A stretch of DNA of 64,000 bases from Eledone cirrhosa (GCA_964016885.1 OZ024742.1:348440001-348504000), one strand, 5' to 3'. Positions 20,401-35,400 are shown, counted from the first letter of the stretch. Notes: generated by a model from the letters alone, not told the origin. Numbers and translations: made by a program.

Positions 20401-23400
20401 TAAGGTGTTCTACTGACATGTGGTTGGTTAGTTAAGGTGTTCTACTCAGGTGTAGTTGGACATTTAAGGTGTTCTACTCAGGTGTGGTTTAACAGTTAAT
20501 GTGTTCTTCTCAGGTGTAGATGAACAGTTAAGGTGTTCTACTCAGGTGTGGTTGGACAGTAAAGGTGTTCTACTCAGGTGTGGTTGAACAGTTAAGGTGT
20601 TCTACTCAGGTGTAGTTGGACAGTTAAGGTGTTCTATTCAGGTGTGGTTGAACAGTTAAGGTGTTCTACTAATGTGTGGTTGGACAGTTAAGGTGTTCTA
20701 CTCAGGTGTAGTTGAACAGTTAAGGTGTTCTATTCAGGTGTAGTTGGACAGTTAAGGTGTTCTACTCAGGTGTAGTTGGACATTTAAGGTGTTCTACTCA
20801 GGTGTAGTTGGACAGTTAAGGTGTTCTATTCAGGTGTGGTTGAACAGTTAAGGTGTTCTACTGATGTGTGGTTGGACAGTTAAGGTGTTCTACTCAGGTG
20901 TAGTTGAACAGTTAAGGTGTTCTACTCAGGTGTAGTTGGATAGTTAAGCTCTTCTATTCAGGTGTAGTTGAACAGTTAAGGTGTTCTACTGATGTGTGGT
21001 TGGACAGTTAAGGTGTTCTACTCAGGTGTGGTTGAACAGTTAAGGTGTTCTATTCAGGTGTGGTTGGACAGTTAAAGTGGTCTACTCAGGTGTGGTTGGT
21101 TAGTTAAGGTGTTCTACTCAGGTGTAGTTGAACAGTTAAGGTGTTCTATTGACGTGTAGTTGGACAGTTAAGGTGTTCTACTGATGTGTGGTTGGACAGT
21201 TAAGGTGTTCTACTCAGGTGTGGTTGAACAGTTAAGGTGTTCTATTCAGGTGTGGTTGGACAGTTAAAGTGGTCTACTCAGGTGTGGTTGGTTAGTTAAG
21301 GTGTTCTACTCAGGTGTAGTTGAACAGTTAAGGTGTTCTACTCAGGTGTAGTTGAACAGTTAAGGTGTTCTATTCAGGTGTGGTTGGACAGTTAAAGTGG
21401 TCTACTCAGGTGTGGTTGGTTAGTTAAGGTGTTCTACTCAGGTGTAGTTGGACAGTTAAGGTGTTCTACTCAGGTGTGGGTGAACAGTTAAGGTGATCTA
21501 TTCAGGTGTGGTTGGACAGTTAAAGTGGTCTACTCAGGTGTGGTTGGTTAGTTAAGGTGGTCTACTCAGGTGTAGATGGACAGTTAAGGTGTTCTACTCA
21601 GGTGTGGTTGGTTAGTTAAGGTGTTCTACCCAGGTGTAGTTGGACAGTTAAGGTGTTCTACTGATGTGTGGTTGGTTATTTAAGGTGGTCTACTCAGGTG
21701 TAGATGGACAGTTAAGGTGTTCTACTCAGGTGTGGTTGGACAGTTAAGGTGTTCTACTCAGGTGTGGTTGGACAGTTAAGGTGTTCTACTCAGGTGTAGG
21801 TGAACAGTTAAGGTGTTCTATTCAGGTGTAGTTGGACAGTTAAGGTGTTCTACTCAGGTGTAGTTGGACAGTTAAGGTGTTCTACTCAGGTGTGGTTGGA
21901 CAGTTAAGGTGTTCTATTCAGGTGTGGTTGAACAGTTAAGGTGTTCTACTCAGGTGTGGTTGGACAGTGAATGTGTTCTACTCAGGTGTGGCTGGACAGC
22001 TAAGGTGTTCTACTCAGGTGTGGTTGGACAGTTAAGGTGTTCTACTGATGTGTGGTTGGTTAGTTAAGGTGTTCTACTCAAGTTTAGTTGGACATTTAAG
22101 GTGTTCTACTCAGGTGTAGTTGAACAGTTAAGGTGTTCTATTCAGGTGTGGTTGGTTAGTTAAGGTGCTCTACTCAGGTGTAGATGGACAGTTAAGGTGT
22201 TCTACTCAGGTGTAGATGGACAGTTAAGGTGTTCTACTCAGGTCTAGTTGGACAGTTAAGGTGTTCTACTCAGGTGTGGTTGAACAGTTAAGGTGTTCTA
22301 CTCAGGTGTGGCTGGACAGCTAATGTGTTCTACGCAGGTGTGGTTGGACAGTTAAGGTGTTCTACTCAGGTGTGGTTGGACAGCTAAGGTGTTCTACTCA
22401 GGTGTAGTTGGACAGTTAAGGTGTTCTACTCAAGTGTGGTTGGACAGGTAATGTGTTCTACTCAGGTGTAGATGGACAGTTAAGGTGTTCTACTGATGTG
22501 TGGTTGGTTAGTTAAGGTGTTCTACTCCAGTGTAGTTGGACATTTTAGGTGTTCTACTCAGGTGTAGTTGGACAGTTAAGGTGTTCTACTCAGGTGTGGT
22601 TGAACAGTTAAGGTGTTCTACTCAAGTGTAGTTGAACAGTTATGGTGTTCTACTCAGGTGTGGTTGGACAGTTAATGTCTTCTACTCAGGTGTGGTTGAA
22701 CAGTTAAGGTGTTCTACTCAGGTGTGGTTGGACAGTTAAGGTGTTCTACTCAGGTGTGGTTGAACAGTTAAGGTATTCTACTCAGGTGTGGTTGGACAGT
22801 TAAGGTGTTCTACTCAGGTGTGGTTGAACAGTTAAGGTGTTCTACTCAGGTGTGGTTGGACAGTGAATGTGTTCTACTCAGGTGTAGTTGAACAGTTAAG
22901 GTGTTCTACTCAGGTGTAGTTGGACTTTTAAGGTGTTTTATTCAGGTGTGGTTGAACAGTTAAGGTGTTCTACTGATGTGTGGTTGGATAGTTAAGGTGT
23001 TCTACTCAGGTCTGGTTGGACAGTTAAGGTGTTCTACTCAGGTATGGTTGAACAGTTAAGGTATTCTACTCAGGTGTAGTTGGACAGTTAAGGTGTTCTA
23101 TTCAGGTGTGGTTGAACAGTTAAGATGTTCTACTCAGGTGTGGTTGGACAGTGAAGGTGTTCTACTCAGGTGTAGTTGAACAGTTAAGGTGTTCTATTCA
23201 GATGTAGTTGGACAGTTAAGGTGTTCTACTCAGGTGTGGTTGAACAGTTAATGTATTCTACTCAGGTGTAGTTGGACAGTTAAGGTTTTCTACTCAGGTG
23301 TAGTTGGACAGTTAAGGTGTTCTATTCAGGTGTAGATGGACAGTTAAGGTGTTCTACTCAGGTGTAGTTGAACAGTTAAGGTGTTTTATTCAGGTGTCGT

Positions 23401-26400
23401 TGAACAGTTAAGGTGTTCTACTAATGTGTGGTTGGACAGTTAAGGTGTTCTACTGATATGTGGTTGGTTAGTTAAGGTGTTCTACTCAAGTGTAGTTGAA
23501 CAGTTAAGGTGTTCTATTCAGGTGTAGTTGAACAGTTAAGGTGTTCTATTCAGGTGTAGTTGGACAGTTAAGCTGTTCTACTCAGGTGTCGTTGAACAGT
23601 TAAGGTGTTCTACTCAGGTGTAGTTGGACAGTTAAGGTGTTCTACTCAGGTGTAGTTGGACAGTTAAGGTGTTCTACTCAGGTGTAGTTGAACAGTTAAG
23701 GTGTTCTAATCAGGTGTAGTTGGACAGGTAAGGTGTTCTACTCAGGTGTAGTTGGACAGTTAAGGTGTTCTATTCAGGTGTGGTTGAACAGTTAAGGTGT
23801 TCTACTCTTGTGTGGTTGGACAGTTAAGGTGTTCTATTCAGGTGTAGTTGGATAGTTAAGGCGTTCTACTCAGGTGTCGTTGAACAGTTAAGGTGTTCTA
23901 CTCAGGTATAGTTGGACAGTTAAGGTGTTCTACTCAGGTGTAGTTGGACAGTTAAGGTGTTCTACTAAGGTGTGGTTGGACAGTTAAGGTGTTCTACTGA
24001 TATGTGGTTGGTTAGTTAAGGTGTGCTACTCAGGTCAAGTTGGACATTTAAGGTGTTCTATTCAGGTAGAGTTGGACAGTTAAGGTGTTCTATTCAGGTG
24101 TGGTTGAACAGTTAAGGTGTTCTATTCAGGTGTGGTTGGACAGTTAAAGTGGTCTACTCAGGTGTGGTTGGACAGTTAAGGTGTTCTACTGATATGTGGT
24201 TGGTTAGTTAAGGTGTGCTACTCAGGTCAAGTTGGACATTTAAGGTGTTCTATTCAGGTAGAGTTGGACAGTTAAGGTGTTCTACTCAGGTGTAGTTGAA
24301 CAGTTAAGGTGTTCTATTCAGGTGTAGTTGGACAGTTAAGGTGTTCTACCCAGGTGTAGTTGGACAGTTAAGGTGTTCTACTGATGTGTGGTTGGTTATT
24401 TAAGGTGGTCTACTCAGGTGTAGATGGACAGTTAAGGTGTTCTACTCAGATGTAGATGGACAGTTAAGGTGTTCTATTCAGGTGTAGTTGGACAGTTAAG
24501 GTGTTCTACTCAGGTGTGGTTGAACAGTTAAGGTGTTCTTCGCAGGTGTGGTTGGACAGCTAAGGTGTTCTACTCAGGTGTAGTTGGACAGTTAAGGTGT
24601 TCTACTCAGGTGTGATTGGACAGGTAAGGTGTTCTACTCAGGTGTAGATGGTCAGTTAAGGTGTTCTACTGATGTGTGGTTGGTTAGTTAAGGTGTTCTA
24701 CTCCGGTGTAGTTGGACATTTAAGGTGTTCTACTCAGGTGTAGTTGGACAGTTAAGGTGTTCTCCTCAGGTGTGATTGGACAGTTAAGGTGTTCTACTGA
24801 TGTGTGGTTGGTTAGTTAAGGTGTTCTATTCAGGTGTAGTTGGACAGTTAAGGTGTTCTACTCTGGTATAGTTGCTCAGTTAAGGTGTTCTACTCAGGTG
24901 TAGTTGGACAGTTAAGGTGTTATAATCAGGTGTGGTTGGACAGTTAAGGTGTGCTACTCATGTGTAGTTGAACAGTTAAGGTGTTCTATTCAGGTGTAGT
25001 TCAACAGTTAAGGTGATCTATTCAGGTGTGGTTGGTTAGTTAAGGTGGTCTACTCAGGTGTGGTTGGTTAGTTAAGGTGGTCTACTCAGGTGTAGATGGA
25101 CAGTTAAGGTGTTCTACTCAGGTGTGATTGGTTAGTTAATGTGGTCTACTCAGGTGTAGATGGACAGTTAAGGTGTTCTTCTCAGGTGTGGGTGGACAGT
25201 TAAAGTGTTCTACTCAGGTGTGGTTGAGCAGTTAAGGTGTTCTACTCAGGTATGGTTGGACAGGTAAGGTGTTCTACTCAGGTGTGGTTGGACAGTTAAG
25301 GTGTTCTTCTCAGGTGTAGGTGAACAGTTAAGGTGTTCTATTCAGGTGTAGTTGGACAGTTAAGGCGTTCTACTCAGCTGTGGTTGGAGAGTTAAGGTGT
25401 TCTATTCAGGTGTGGTTGAACAGTTAAGGTGTTCTACTGATGTGTGGGTGGACAGTTAATGTGTCCTATTCAGGTGCAGTTGACCAGTTAAGGTGTTCTA
25501 TTCAGGTGTGGTGAACAGTTAAGATGTTCTACTCAGGTGTAGTTGGACAGTTAAGGTGTTTTACTCAGGTGTAGTTGGACAGTTAAGGTGTTCTACTGGT
25601 GTGTGGTTGGTTAGTTAAGGTTTTCTACTCAGGTGTAGTTGGACATTTAAGGTGTTCTATTCAGGTGTAGTTGGAGAGTTAACGTGTTCTACTCAGGTGT
25701 GGTTGAACAGTTAACGTGTTCTACTATGGTGTAGTTGAACAGTTAAGTTGTTCTACTAAGGTGTGGTTGGACAGTTAAGGTGTTCTACTCAGGTGTGGTT
25801 GAACAGTTAACGTATTCTACTCAGGTGTAGTTGGACAGTAAAGGTGTTCTATTCAGGTGTAGTTGGACAGTTAAGGTGTTCTACTCAGGTGTGGTTGAAC
25901 AGTTAATGTATTCTACTCAGGTGTAGTTGGACAGTTAAGGTGTTCTACTCAGGTGTAGTTGGACAGTTAAGGTGTTCTATTCAGGTGTGGTTGAACAGTT
26001 AAGGTGTTCTACTGAGGTGTGGTTGGACAGTTAAGGTGTTCTACTCAGGTGTAGTTGAACAGTTAAGGTGTTCTATTCAGGTGTCGTTGAACAGTTAAGG
26101 TGTTCTACTGATGTGTGGTTGGACAGTTAAGGTGTTCTACTCAGGTGTGGTTGGAAAGTTAAGGTGTTCTACTGATATGTGGTTGGTTAGTTAAGGTGTT
26201 CTACTCAGGTGTGGTTGGACAGTTAAGGTGTTCTACTGATGTGTGGTTGGTTAGTTAAGGTGTTCTACTCAGGTGTAGTTGAACAGTTAAGGTGTTCTAT
26301 TCAGGTGTGGTTGAACAGTTAAGGTGTTCTACTGATGTGTGGTTGGTTAGTTAAGGTGTTCTACTCAGGTGAAGTTGGACATTTAAGGTGTTCTATTCAG

Positions 26401-29400
26401 GTGTGGTTGGACAGGTAAGCTGTTCTACTCAGGTGTAGTTGGACAGTTAAGGTGTTCTACTCAGGTGTGGTTGGACAGTTAAGGTGTTCTACTGATATGT
26501 GGTTGGTTAGTTAAGGTGTTCTATTCAGGTGTGGTTGGAGAGTTAAAGTGGTCTACTCAGGTGTGGTTGGTTAGTTAAGGTGTTCTACTCCGGTGTAGTT
26601 GGACATTTTAGGTGTTCTACTCAGGTGTAGTTGGACAGTTAAGGTGTTCTATTCAGGTATAGTTGGACAGGTAAGCTGTTCTACTCAGGTGTAGTTGGAC
26701 AGTTAAGGTGTTCTACTCAGGTGTGGTTGGACAGTTAAGGTGTTCTACTGATATGTGGTTGGTTAGTTAAGGTGTTCTACTCAGGTGAAGTTGGACATTT
26801 AAGGTGTCCTATTCAGGTGTGGTTGAACAGTTAAGGTGTTCTATTCAGGTGTGGTTGGAGAGTTAAAGTGGTCTACTCAGGTGTGGTTGGTTAGTTAAGG
26901 TGTTCTACTCCGGTGTAGTTGGACATTTTAGTTGTTCTACTCAGGTGTAGTTGGACAGTTAAGGTGTTCTACTCAGGTGTGGTTGAACAGTTAAGGTCTT
27001 CTAATAAAGTGTAGTTGAACAGTTAAGGTGTTCTACTCAGGTGTGGTTGGACAGTTAATGTGTTCTACTCAGGTGTGGTTGAACAGTTAAGGTGTTCTAC
27101 TCAGGTGTGGTTGGACAGTTAAGGTATTCTACTCAGGTGTAGTTGGACAGTTAAGGTGTTCTATTCAGGTGTGGTTGAACAGTTAAGGTGTTCTACTCAG
27201 GTGTGGTTGGACAGTGAATGTGTTCTACTCAGGTGTGGCTGGACAGCTAAGGTGTTCTACTCAGGTGTGGTTGGACAGTTAAGGTGTTCTACTGATGTGT
27301 GGTTGGTTAGTTAAGGTGTTCTACTCAAGTTTAGTTGGACATTTAAGGTGTTCTACTCAGGTGTAGTTGAACAGGTAAGGTGTTCTATTCAGGTGTGGTT
27401 GGTTAGTTAAGGTGCTCTACTCAGGTGTAGATGGACAGTTAAGGTGTTCTACTCAGGTGTAGATGGACAGTTAAGGTGTTCTACTCAGGTCTAGTTGGAC
27501 AGTTAAGGTGTTCTACTCGGGTGTGGTTGAACAGTTAAGGTGTTCTACTCAGGTGTGGTTGGACAGCTAAGGTGTTCTACTCAGGTGTAGTTGGACAGTT
27601 AAGGTGTTCTACTCAAGTGTGGTTGGACAGGTAATGTGTTCTACTCAGGTGTAGATGGACAGTTAAGATGTTCTACTGATGTGTGGTTGGTTAGTTAAGG
27701 TTTTCTACTCCGGTGTATTTGGACATTTTAGGTGTTCTACTCAGGTGTAGTTGGACAGTTAAGGTGTTCTACTCAGGTGTGGTTGAACATTTAAGGTGTT
27801 CTACTCAGGTGTAGTTGGACAGTTAAGGTGTTCTACTCTGGTGTAGTTGGACAGTTAAGGTGTTCTACTCAGGTGTAGTTGGACAGTTAAGGTGTTCTAT
27901 TCAGGTGTGGTTGAACAGTTAAGGTGTTCTACTGATGTGTGGTTGGACAGTTAATGTGTTCTACTAAGGTGTAGTTGAAAAGTTAAGGTGTTCTATTCAG
28001 GTGTAGTTGGACAGTTAATGTGTTCTACTCAGGTGTAGTTGAACAGTTAAGGTGTTCTAATCAGGTGTCGTTGAACATTTAAGGTGTTCTATTCAGGTGT
28101 AGTTGGACAGTTAAGGTGTTCTACTCAGGTGTAGATGGACAGTTAAGGTGTTCTACTCAGGTGTAGTTGGACAGTTAAGGTGTTCTACTCAGGTGTAGTT
28201 GGACAGTTAAGGTGTTCTACTCAGGTGTAGTTGGACAGTTAAGGTGTTCTATTCAGGTGTGGTTGGACAGTTAAGGTGTTCTACTCAGGTGTATTTGAAC
28301 AGTTAAGGTGTTCTAATCAGGTGTCGTTGAACAGTTAAGGTGTTCTACTGATGTGTAGTTGGACAGTTATGGTGTTCTACCCAGGTGTCGTTGAACAGTT
28401 AAGGTGTTCTACTCAGGTGTAGTTGGACAGTTAAGGTGTTCTATTCAGGTGTGGTTGAACAGTTAAGGTGTTCTACTCTTGTGTGGTTGGACAGTTAAGG
28501 TGTTCTATTCAGGTGTAGTTGGATAGTTAAGGCGTTCTACTCAGGTGTCGTTGAACAGTTAAGGTGTTCTACTCAGGTATAGTTGGACAGTTAAGGTGTT
28601 CTACTCAGGTGTAGTTGGACAGTTAAGGTGTTCTACTAAGGTGTGGTTGGACAGTTAAGGTGTTCTACTGATATGTGGTTGGTTAGTTAAGGTGTGCTAC
28701 GCAGGTCAAGTTGGACATTTAAGGTGTTCTATTCAGGTAGAGTTGGACAGTTAAGGTGTTCTATTCAGGTGTGGTTGAACAGTTAAGGTGTTCTATTCAG
28801 GTGTGGTTGGACAGTTAAAGTGGTCTACTCAGGTGTGGTTGGTTAGTTAAGTGTTCTACTCAGGTGTAGTTGAACAGTTAAGGTGTTCTATTCAGGTGTA
28901 GTTGGACAGTTAAGGTGTTCTACCCAGGTGTAGTTGGACAGTTAAGGTGTTCTACTGATGTGTGGTTGGTTATTTAAGGTGGTCTACTCAGGTGTAGATG
29001 GACAGTTAAGGTGTTCTACTCAGATGTAGATGGACAGTTAAGGTGTTCTATTCAGCTGTAGTTGGACAGTTAAGCTGTTCTACTCAGGTGTGGTTGAACA
29101 GTTAAGGTGTTCTTCGCAGGTGTGGTTGGACAGCTAAGGTGTTCTACTCAGGTGTAGTTGGACAGTTAAGGTGTTCTACTCAGGTGTGATTGGACAGGTA
29201 AGGTGTTCTACTCAGGTGTAGATGGACAGTTAAGGTGTTTTACTGATGTGTGGTTGGTTAGTTAAGGTGTTCTACTCCGGTGTAGTTGGACATTTAAGGT
29301 GTTCTACTCAGGTGTAGTTGGACAGTTAAGGTGTTCTTCTCAGGTGTGATTGGACAGTTAAGGTGTTCTACTGATGTGTGGTTGGTTAGTTAAGGTGTTC

Positions 29401-32400
29401 TATTCAGGTGTAGTTGGACAGTTAAGGTGTTCTACTCAGGTATAGTTGGTCAGTTAAGGTGTTCTACTCAGGTGTAGTTGGACAGTTAAGGTGTTCTACC
29501 CAGGTGTGATTGGACAGTTAAGGTGTTCTACTGATGTGTGGTTGGTTAGTTAAGGTGTTCTACTCAGGTGTAGTTGGACATTTAAGTTGTTCTATTCAGG
29601 TGTAGTTGGACATTTAAGGTGTTCTACTGATGTGTGGTTGATCAGTTAAGGTGTTATAATCAGGTGTGGTTGGACAGTTAAGGTGTTCTATTCAGGTGTA
29701 GTTCAACAGTTAAGGTGATCTATTCAGGTGTGGTTGGTTAGTTAAGGTGGTCTACTCAGGTGTGGTTGGTTAGTTAAGGTGGTCTACTCAGGTGTAGATG
29801 GACAGTTAAGGTGTTCTACTCAGGTGTGATTGGTTAGTTAATGTGGTCTACTCAGGTGTAGATGGACAGTTAAGGTGTTCTTCTCAGGTGTGGTTGGACA
29901 GTTAAAGTGTTCTACTCAGGTGTGGTTGAACAGTTAAGGTGTTCTACTCAGGTATGGTTGGACAGGTAAGGTGTTCTACTCAGGTGTGGTTGGACAGTTA
30001 AGGTGTTCTTCTCAGGTGTAGGTGAACAGTTAAGGTGTTCTATTCAGGTGTAGTTGGACAGTTAAGGTGTTCTACTCAGGTGTGGTTGGAGAGTTAAGGT
30101 GTTCTACTGATGTGTGGTTGGTTATTTAAGGTGGTCTACTCAGGTGTAGATGGACAGTTAAGGTGTTCTACTCAGATGTAGATGGACAGTTAAGGTGTTC
30201 TATTCAGGTGTAGTTGGACAGTTAAGGTGTTCTACTCAGGTGTGGTTGAACAGTTAAGGTGTTCTTCGCAGGTGTGGTTGGACAGCTAAGGTGTTCTACT
30301 CAGGTGTAGTTGGACAGTTAAGGTGTTCTACTCAGGTGTGATTGGACAGGTAAGGTGTTCTACTCAGGTGTAGATGGACAGTTAAGGTGTTCTACTGATG
30401 TGTGGTTGGTTAGTTAAGGTGTTCTACTCCGGTGTAGTTGGACATTTAAGGTGTTCTACTCAGGTGTAGTTGGACAGTTAAGGTGTTCTCCTCAGGTGTG
30501 ATTGGACAGTTAAGGTATTCTACTGATGTGTGGTTGGTTAGTTAAGGTGTTCTATTCAGGTGTAGTTGGACAGTTAAGGTGTTCTACTCAGGTATAGTTG
30601 GTCAGTTAAGGTGTTCTACTCAGGTGTAGTTGGACAGTTAAGGTGTTCTACCCAGGTGTGATTGGACAGTTAAGGTGTTCTACTGATGTGTGGTTGGTTA
30701 GTTAAGGTGTTCTACTCAGGTGTAGTTGGTCATTTAAGGTGTTCTATTCAGGTGTAGTTGGACAGTTAAGGTGTTCTACTGATGTGTGGTTGATCAGTTA
30801 AGGTGTTATAATCAGGTGTGGTTGGACAGTTAAGGTGTTCTATTCAGGTGTAGTTCAACAGTTAAGGTGATCTATTCAGGTGTGGTTGGTTAGTTAAGGT
30901 GGTCTACTCAGGCGTGGTTGTTTAGTTAAGGTGGTCTACTCAGGTGTAGATGGACAGTTAAGGTGTTCTACTCAGGTGTGATTGGTTAGTTAATGTGGTC
31001 TACTCAGGTGTAGATGGACAGTTAAGGTGTTCTTCTCAGGTGTGGTTGGACAGTTAAAGTGTTCTACTCAGGTGTGGTTGAACAGTTAAGGTGTTCTACT
31101 CAGGTATGGTTGGACAGGTAAGGTGTTCTACTCAGGTGTGGTTGGACAGTTAAGGTGTTCTTCACAGGTGTAGGTGAACAGTTAAGGTGTTCTATTCAGG
31201 TGTAGTTGGACAGTTAAGGTGTGATTGGAGAGTTAAGGTGTTCTATTCAGGTGTGGTTGAACAGTTAAGGTGTTCTACTGATGTGTGGGTGGACAGTTAA
31301 TGTGTCCTATTCAGGTGCAGTTGACCAGTTAAGGTGTTCTATTCAGGTGTGGTTGAACAGTTAAGGTGTTCTACTCAGGTGTAGTTGGACAGTTAAGGTG
31401 TTTTACTCAGGTGTAGTTGGACAGTTAAGGTGTTCTACTGGTGTGTGGTTGGTTAGTTAAGGTTTTCTACTCAGGTGTAGTTGGACATTTAAGGTGTTCT
31501 ATTCAGATGTAGTTGGGCAGTTAAGGTGTTCTACTCAGGTGTGGTTGAACAGTTAACGTGTTCTACTATGGTGTAGTTGAACAGTTAAGTTGTTCTACTA
31601 AGGTGTGGTTGGACAGTTAAGGTGTTCTACTCAGGTGTGGTTGAACAGTTAACGTATTCTACTCAGGTGTAGTTGGACAGTAAAGGTGTTCTATTCAGGT
31701 GTAGTTGGACAGTTAAGGTGTTCTACTCAGGTGTGGTTGAACAGTTAAGGTGTTCTACTGATATGTGGTTGGTTAGTTAAGGTGTTCTACTCAGGTGAAG
31801 TTGGACATTTAAGGTGTTCTACTCAGGTGTGGTTGGACAGTCAAGGTGTTCTACTGATGTGTGGTTGAACAGTTAATGTATTCTACTCAGGTGTCGTTGG
31901 ACAGTTAAGGTGTTCTACTCAGGTGTAGTTGGACAGTTAAGGTGTTCTATTCAGGTGTGGTTGAACAGTTAAGGTGTTCTACCGATATGTGGTTGGTTAG
32001 TTAAGGTGTTCTACTCAGGTGAAGTTGGACATTTAAGGTGTTCTATTCAGGTGTGGTTGGACAGGTAAGCTGTTCTACTCAGGTGTAGTTGGACAGTTAA
32101 GGTGTTCTACTCAGGTGTGGTTGGACAGTTATGGTGTTCTACTGATATGTGGTTGGTTTGTTAAGGTGTTCTACTCAGATGAAGTTGGACATTTAAGGTG
32201 TTCTATTCAGGTGTGGTTGAACAGTTAAGGTGTTCTATTCAGGTGTGGTTGGAGAGTTAAAGTGGTCTTCTCAGGTTGGTTGGTTAGTTAAGGTGTTCTA
32301 CTCCGGTGTAGTTGGACATTTTAGGTGTTCTACTCAGGTGTAGTTGGACAGTTAAGGTGTTCTATTCAGGTATAGTTGGACAGGTAAGGTGTTCTACTCA

Positions 32401-35400
32401 GGTGTGGTTGGACAGTTAATGTGTTCTACTCAGGTGTGGTTGAACAGTTAAGGTGTTCTACTCAGGTGTGATTGGACAGTTAAGGTGTTCTACTCAGGTG
32501 TGGTTGAACAGTTAATGTATTCTACTCAGGTGTAGTTGGACAGTTAAGATGTTCTATTCAGGTGTGGTTGAACAGTTAATGTGTTCTACTCAGGTGTGGT
32601 TGGACAGTGAATGTGTTCTACTCAGGTGTAGTTGAACAGTTAAGGTGTTCTACTCAGGTGTAGTTGGACTTTTAAGGTGTTTTATTCAGGTGTGGTTGAA
32701 CAGTTAAGGTGTTCTACTGATGTGTGGTTGGACAGTTAAGGTGTTCTACTCAGGTGTGGTTGGACAGTTAAGGTGTTCTACTGATATGTGGTTGGTTAGT
32801 TAAGGTGTTCTACTCAGGTGTGGTTGGACAGTTAAGGTGTTCTACTGATGTGTGGTTGGTTAGTTAAGGTGTTCTACTCAAGTGTAGTTGAACAGTTAAG
32901 GTGTTCTATTCAGGTGTAGTTGGACAGTTAAGGTGCTCTACTCAGGTGTGGTTGAACAGTTAAGGTGTTCTACTCAGGTGTAGTAGGACAGTTAAGGTGT
33001 TCTACTCAGGTGTAGTTGGACATTTAAGGTGTTCTATTCAGGTGTGGTTGAACAGTTAAGGTGTTCTACTGATGTGTGGTTGGAGAGTTAGGGTGTTCTA
33101 CTCAGGTGTGGTTGGACAGTTAAGGTGTTCTACTGATGTGTGGTTGGTTAGTTAAGGTGTTCTACTCAAGTGTAGTTGAACAGTTAAGGTGTTCTATTCA
33201 GGTGTAGTTGGACAGTTAAGGTGTTCTACTCAGGTGTGGTTGAACAGTTAATGTGTTCTACTCAGGTGTAGTTGGACAGTTAAGGTGTTCTACTCAGGTC
33301 TAGTTGGACAGTTAAGGTGTTCTATTCAGGTGTGGTTGGACAGTTAAAGTGGTCTACTCAGGTGTGGTTGGTTAGTTAAGGTGTTCTACTCAGGTGTAGT
33401 TGATCAGTTAAGGTGTTCTATTCAGGTGTAGTTGGACAGTTTAGGTGGTCTACTCAGGTGTAGTTGGACAGTTAAGGTGTTCTACTGATGTGTGGTTGGG
33501 TAGTTAAGGTGTTCTACTCAGGTGTAGTTGAACAGTTAAGGTGTTCTACTCAGCTGTGGTTGGACAGTTAAGGTGTTCTACTGATGTGTGGTTGGTTAGT
33601 TAAGGTGTTCTACTCAGGTGTAGTTGGACAGTTAAGGTGTTCTACTCAGGTGTGTTTGGACAGTTAAGGTGTTCTACTGATGTGTGTTTGGTTAGTTAAG
33701 GAGTTCTACTCAGGTGTGGTTGGACAGCTAAGGTGTTCTACTCAGGTGTGTTTGGACAGTTAAGGTGTTCTACTGATGTGTGGTTGGTTAGTTAAGGTGT
33801 TCTACTCAAGTGTAGTTGGACGTTTTAGGTGTTCTACTCAGGTGTAGTTGAACAGTTAAGGTGTTCTATTCAGGTGTAGTTGAACGGTTAAGGTGTTCTA
33901 TTCAGGTGTGGTTGTTTATTTAAGGTGGTCTACTCAGGTGTAGATGGACAGTTAAGGTGTTCTACTCAGGTGTAGATGGACAGTTAAGGTGTTCTACTCA
34001 GGTGTAGTTGGACAGTTAAGGTGTTCTACTCAGGTGTGTTTGGACAGCTAAGGTGTTCTACTCAGGTGTAGTTGGTCAGTTAAGTTGTTCTACTCAGGTG
34101 TGGTTGGACAGGTAAGGTGTTCTACTCAGGTGTAGATGGACAGTTAAGGTGTTCTACTGATGTGTGGTTGGTTAGTTAAGGTGTTCTACTCAGGTGTAGG
34201 TGGACATTTAAGGAGTTCTACTCAGGTGTAATTGGACAGGTAAGGTGTTCTATTCAGGTGTAGTTGGACAGTTAAGGTGTTCTACTCAGGTGTAGTTGGA
34301 CAGTTAAGGTGTTCTACTCAGGTGTAGTTGGACAGTTAAGGTGTTCTACTCAGGTGTGATTGGACAGTTAAGGTGTTCTACTGATGTGTGGTTGGTTAGT
34401 TAAGGTGTTCTACTCAGGTGTAGTTGGACATTTATTGTGTTCTATTCAAGTGTAGTTGGACAGTTAAGGTGTTCTACTGATGTGTGGTTGAACAGTTAAG
34501 GTGCTTTAATCAGGTGTGGTTGCACAGTTAAGATGTTCTACTCATGTGTAGTTGACGAGTTAAGGTGTTCTATTCAGGTGTAGTTGAACAGTTAAGGTGT
34601 TCTATTCAGGTGTGGTTGGTTAGTTAAGGTGGTCTACTCAGGTGTAGATGGACAGTTAAGGTGTTCTACTCAGGTGTGGTTGGTTAGTTAAGGTGGTCTA
34701 CTCAGGTGTAGATGGACAATTAAGGTGTTCTACTCAGGTGTGATTTGTTAGTTAAGGTGGTCTACTCAGGTGTAGATGGACAGTTAAGGTGTTCTACTCA
34801 GGCGTGGTTGGACAGTTAAGTTGTTCTACTCAGGTGTGGTTGGATAGTTAAGGTGTTCTACTCAGGTGTGTTTGGACAGTTAAGCTGTTCTACTAATGTG
34901 TGGTTGGTTAGTTAAGATGTTCTACTCAAGTGTAGTTGAACAGTTAAGGTGTTCTATTCAGGTGTAGTTGGACAGTTAAGGTGTTCTACTCAGGTGTAGT
35001 TGGACAGTTAAGGTGGTCTACTCAGGTGTAGATGGACAGTTAAGGTGTTCTACTCAGGTGTGGTTGGTTAGTTAAGGTGGTCTACTCAGGTGTAGATGGA
35101 CAATTAAGGTGTTCTACTCAGGTGTGATTTGTTAGTTAAGGTGGTCTACTCAGGTGTAGATGGACAGTTAAGGTGTTCTACTCAGGCGTGGTTGGACAGT
35201 TAAGTTGTTCTACTCAGGTGTGGTTGGATAGTTAAGGTGTTCTACTCAGGTGTGTTTGGACAGTTAAGCTGTTCTACTAATGTGTGGTTGGTTAGTTAAG
35301 ATGTTCTACTCAAGTGTAGTTGAACAGTTAAGGTGTTCTATTCAGGTGTAGTTGGACAGTTAAGGTGTTCTACTCAGGTGTAGTTGGACAGTTAAGGTGG

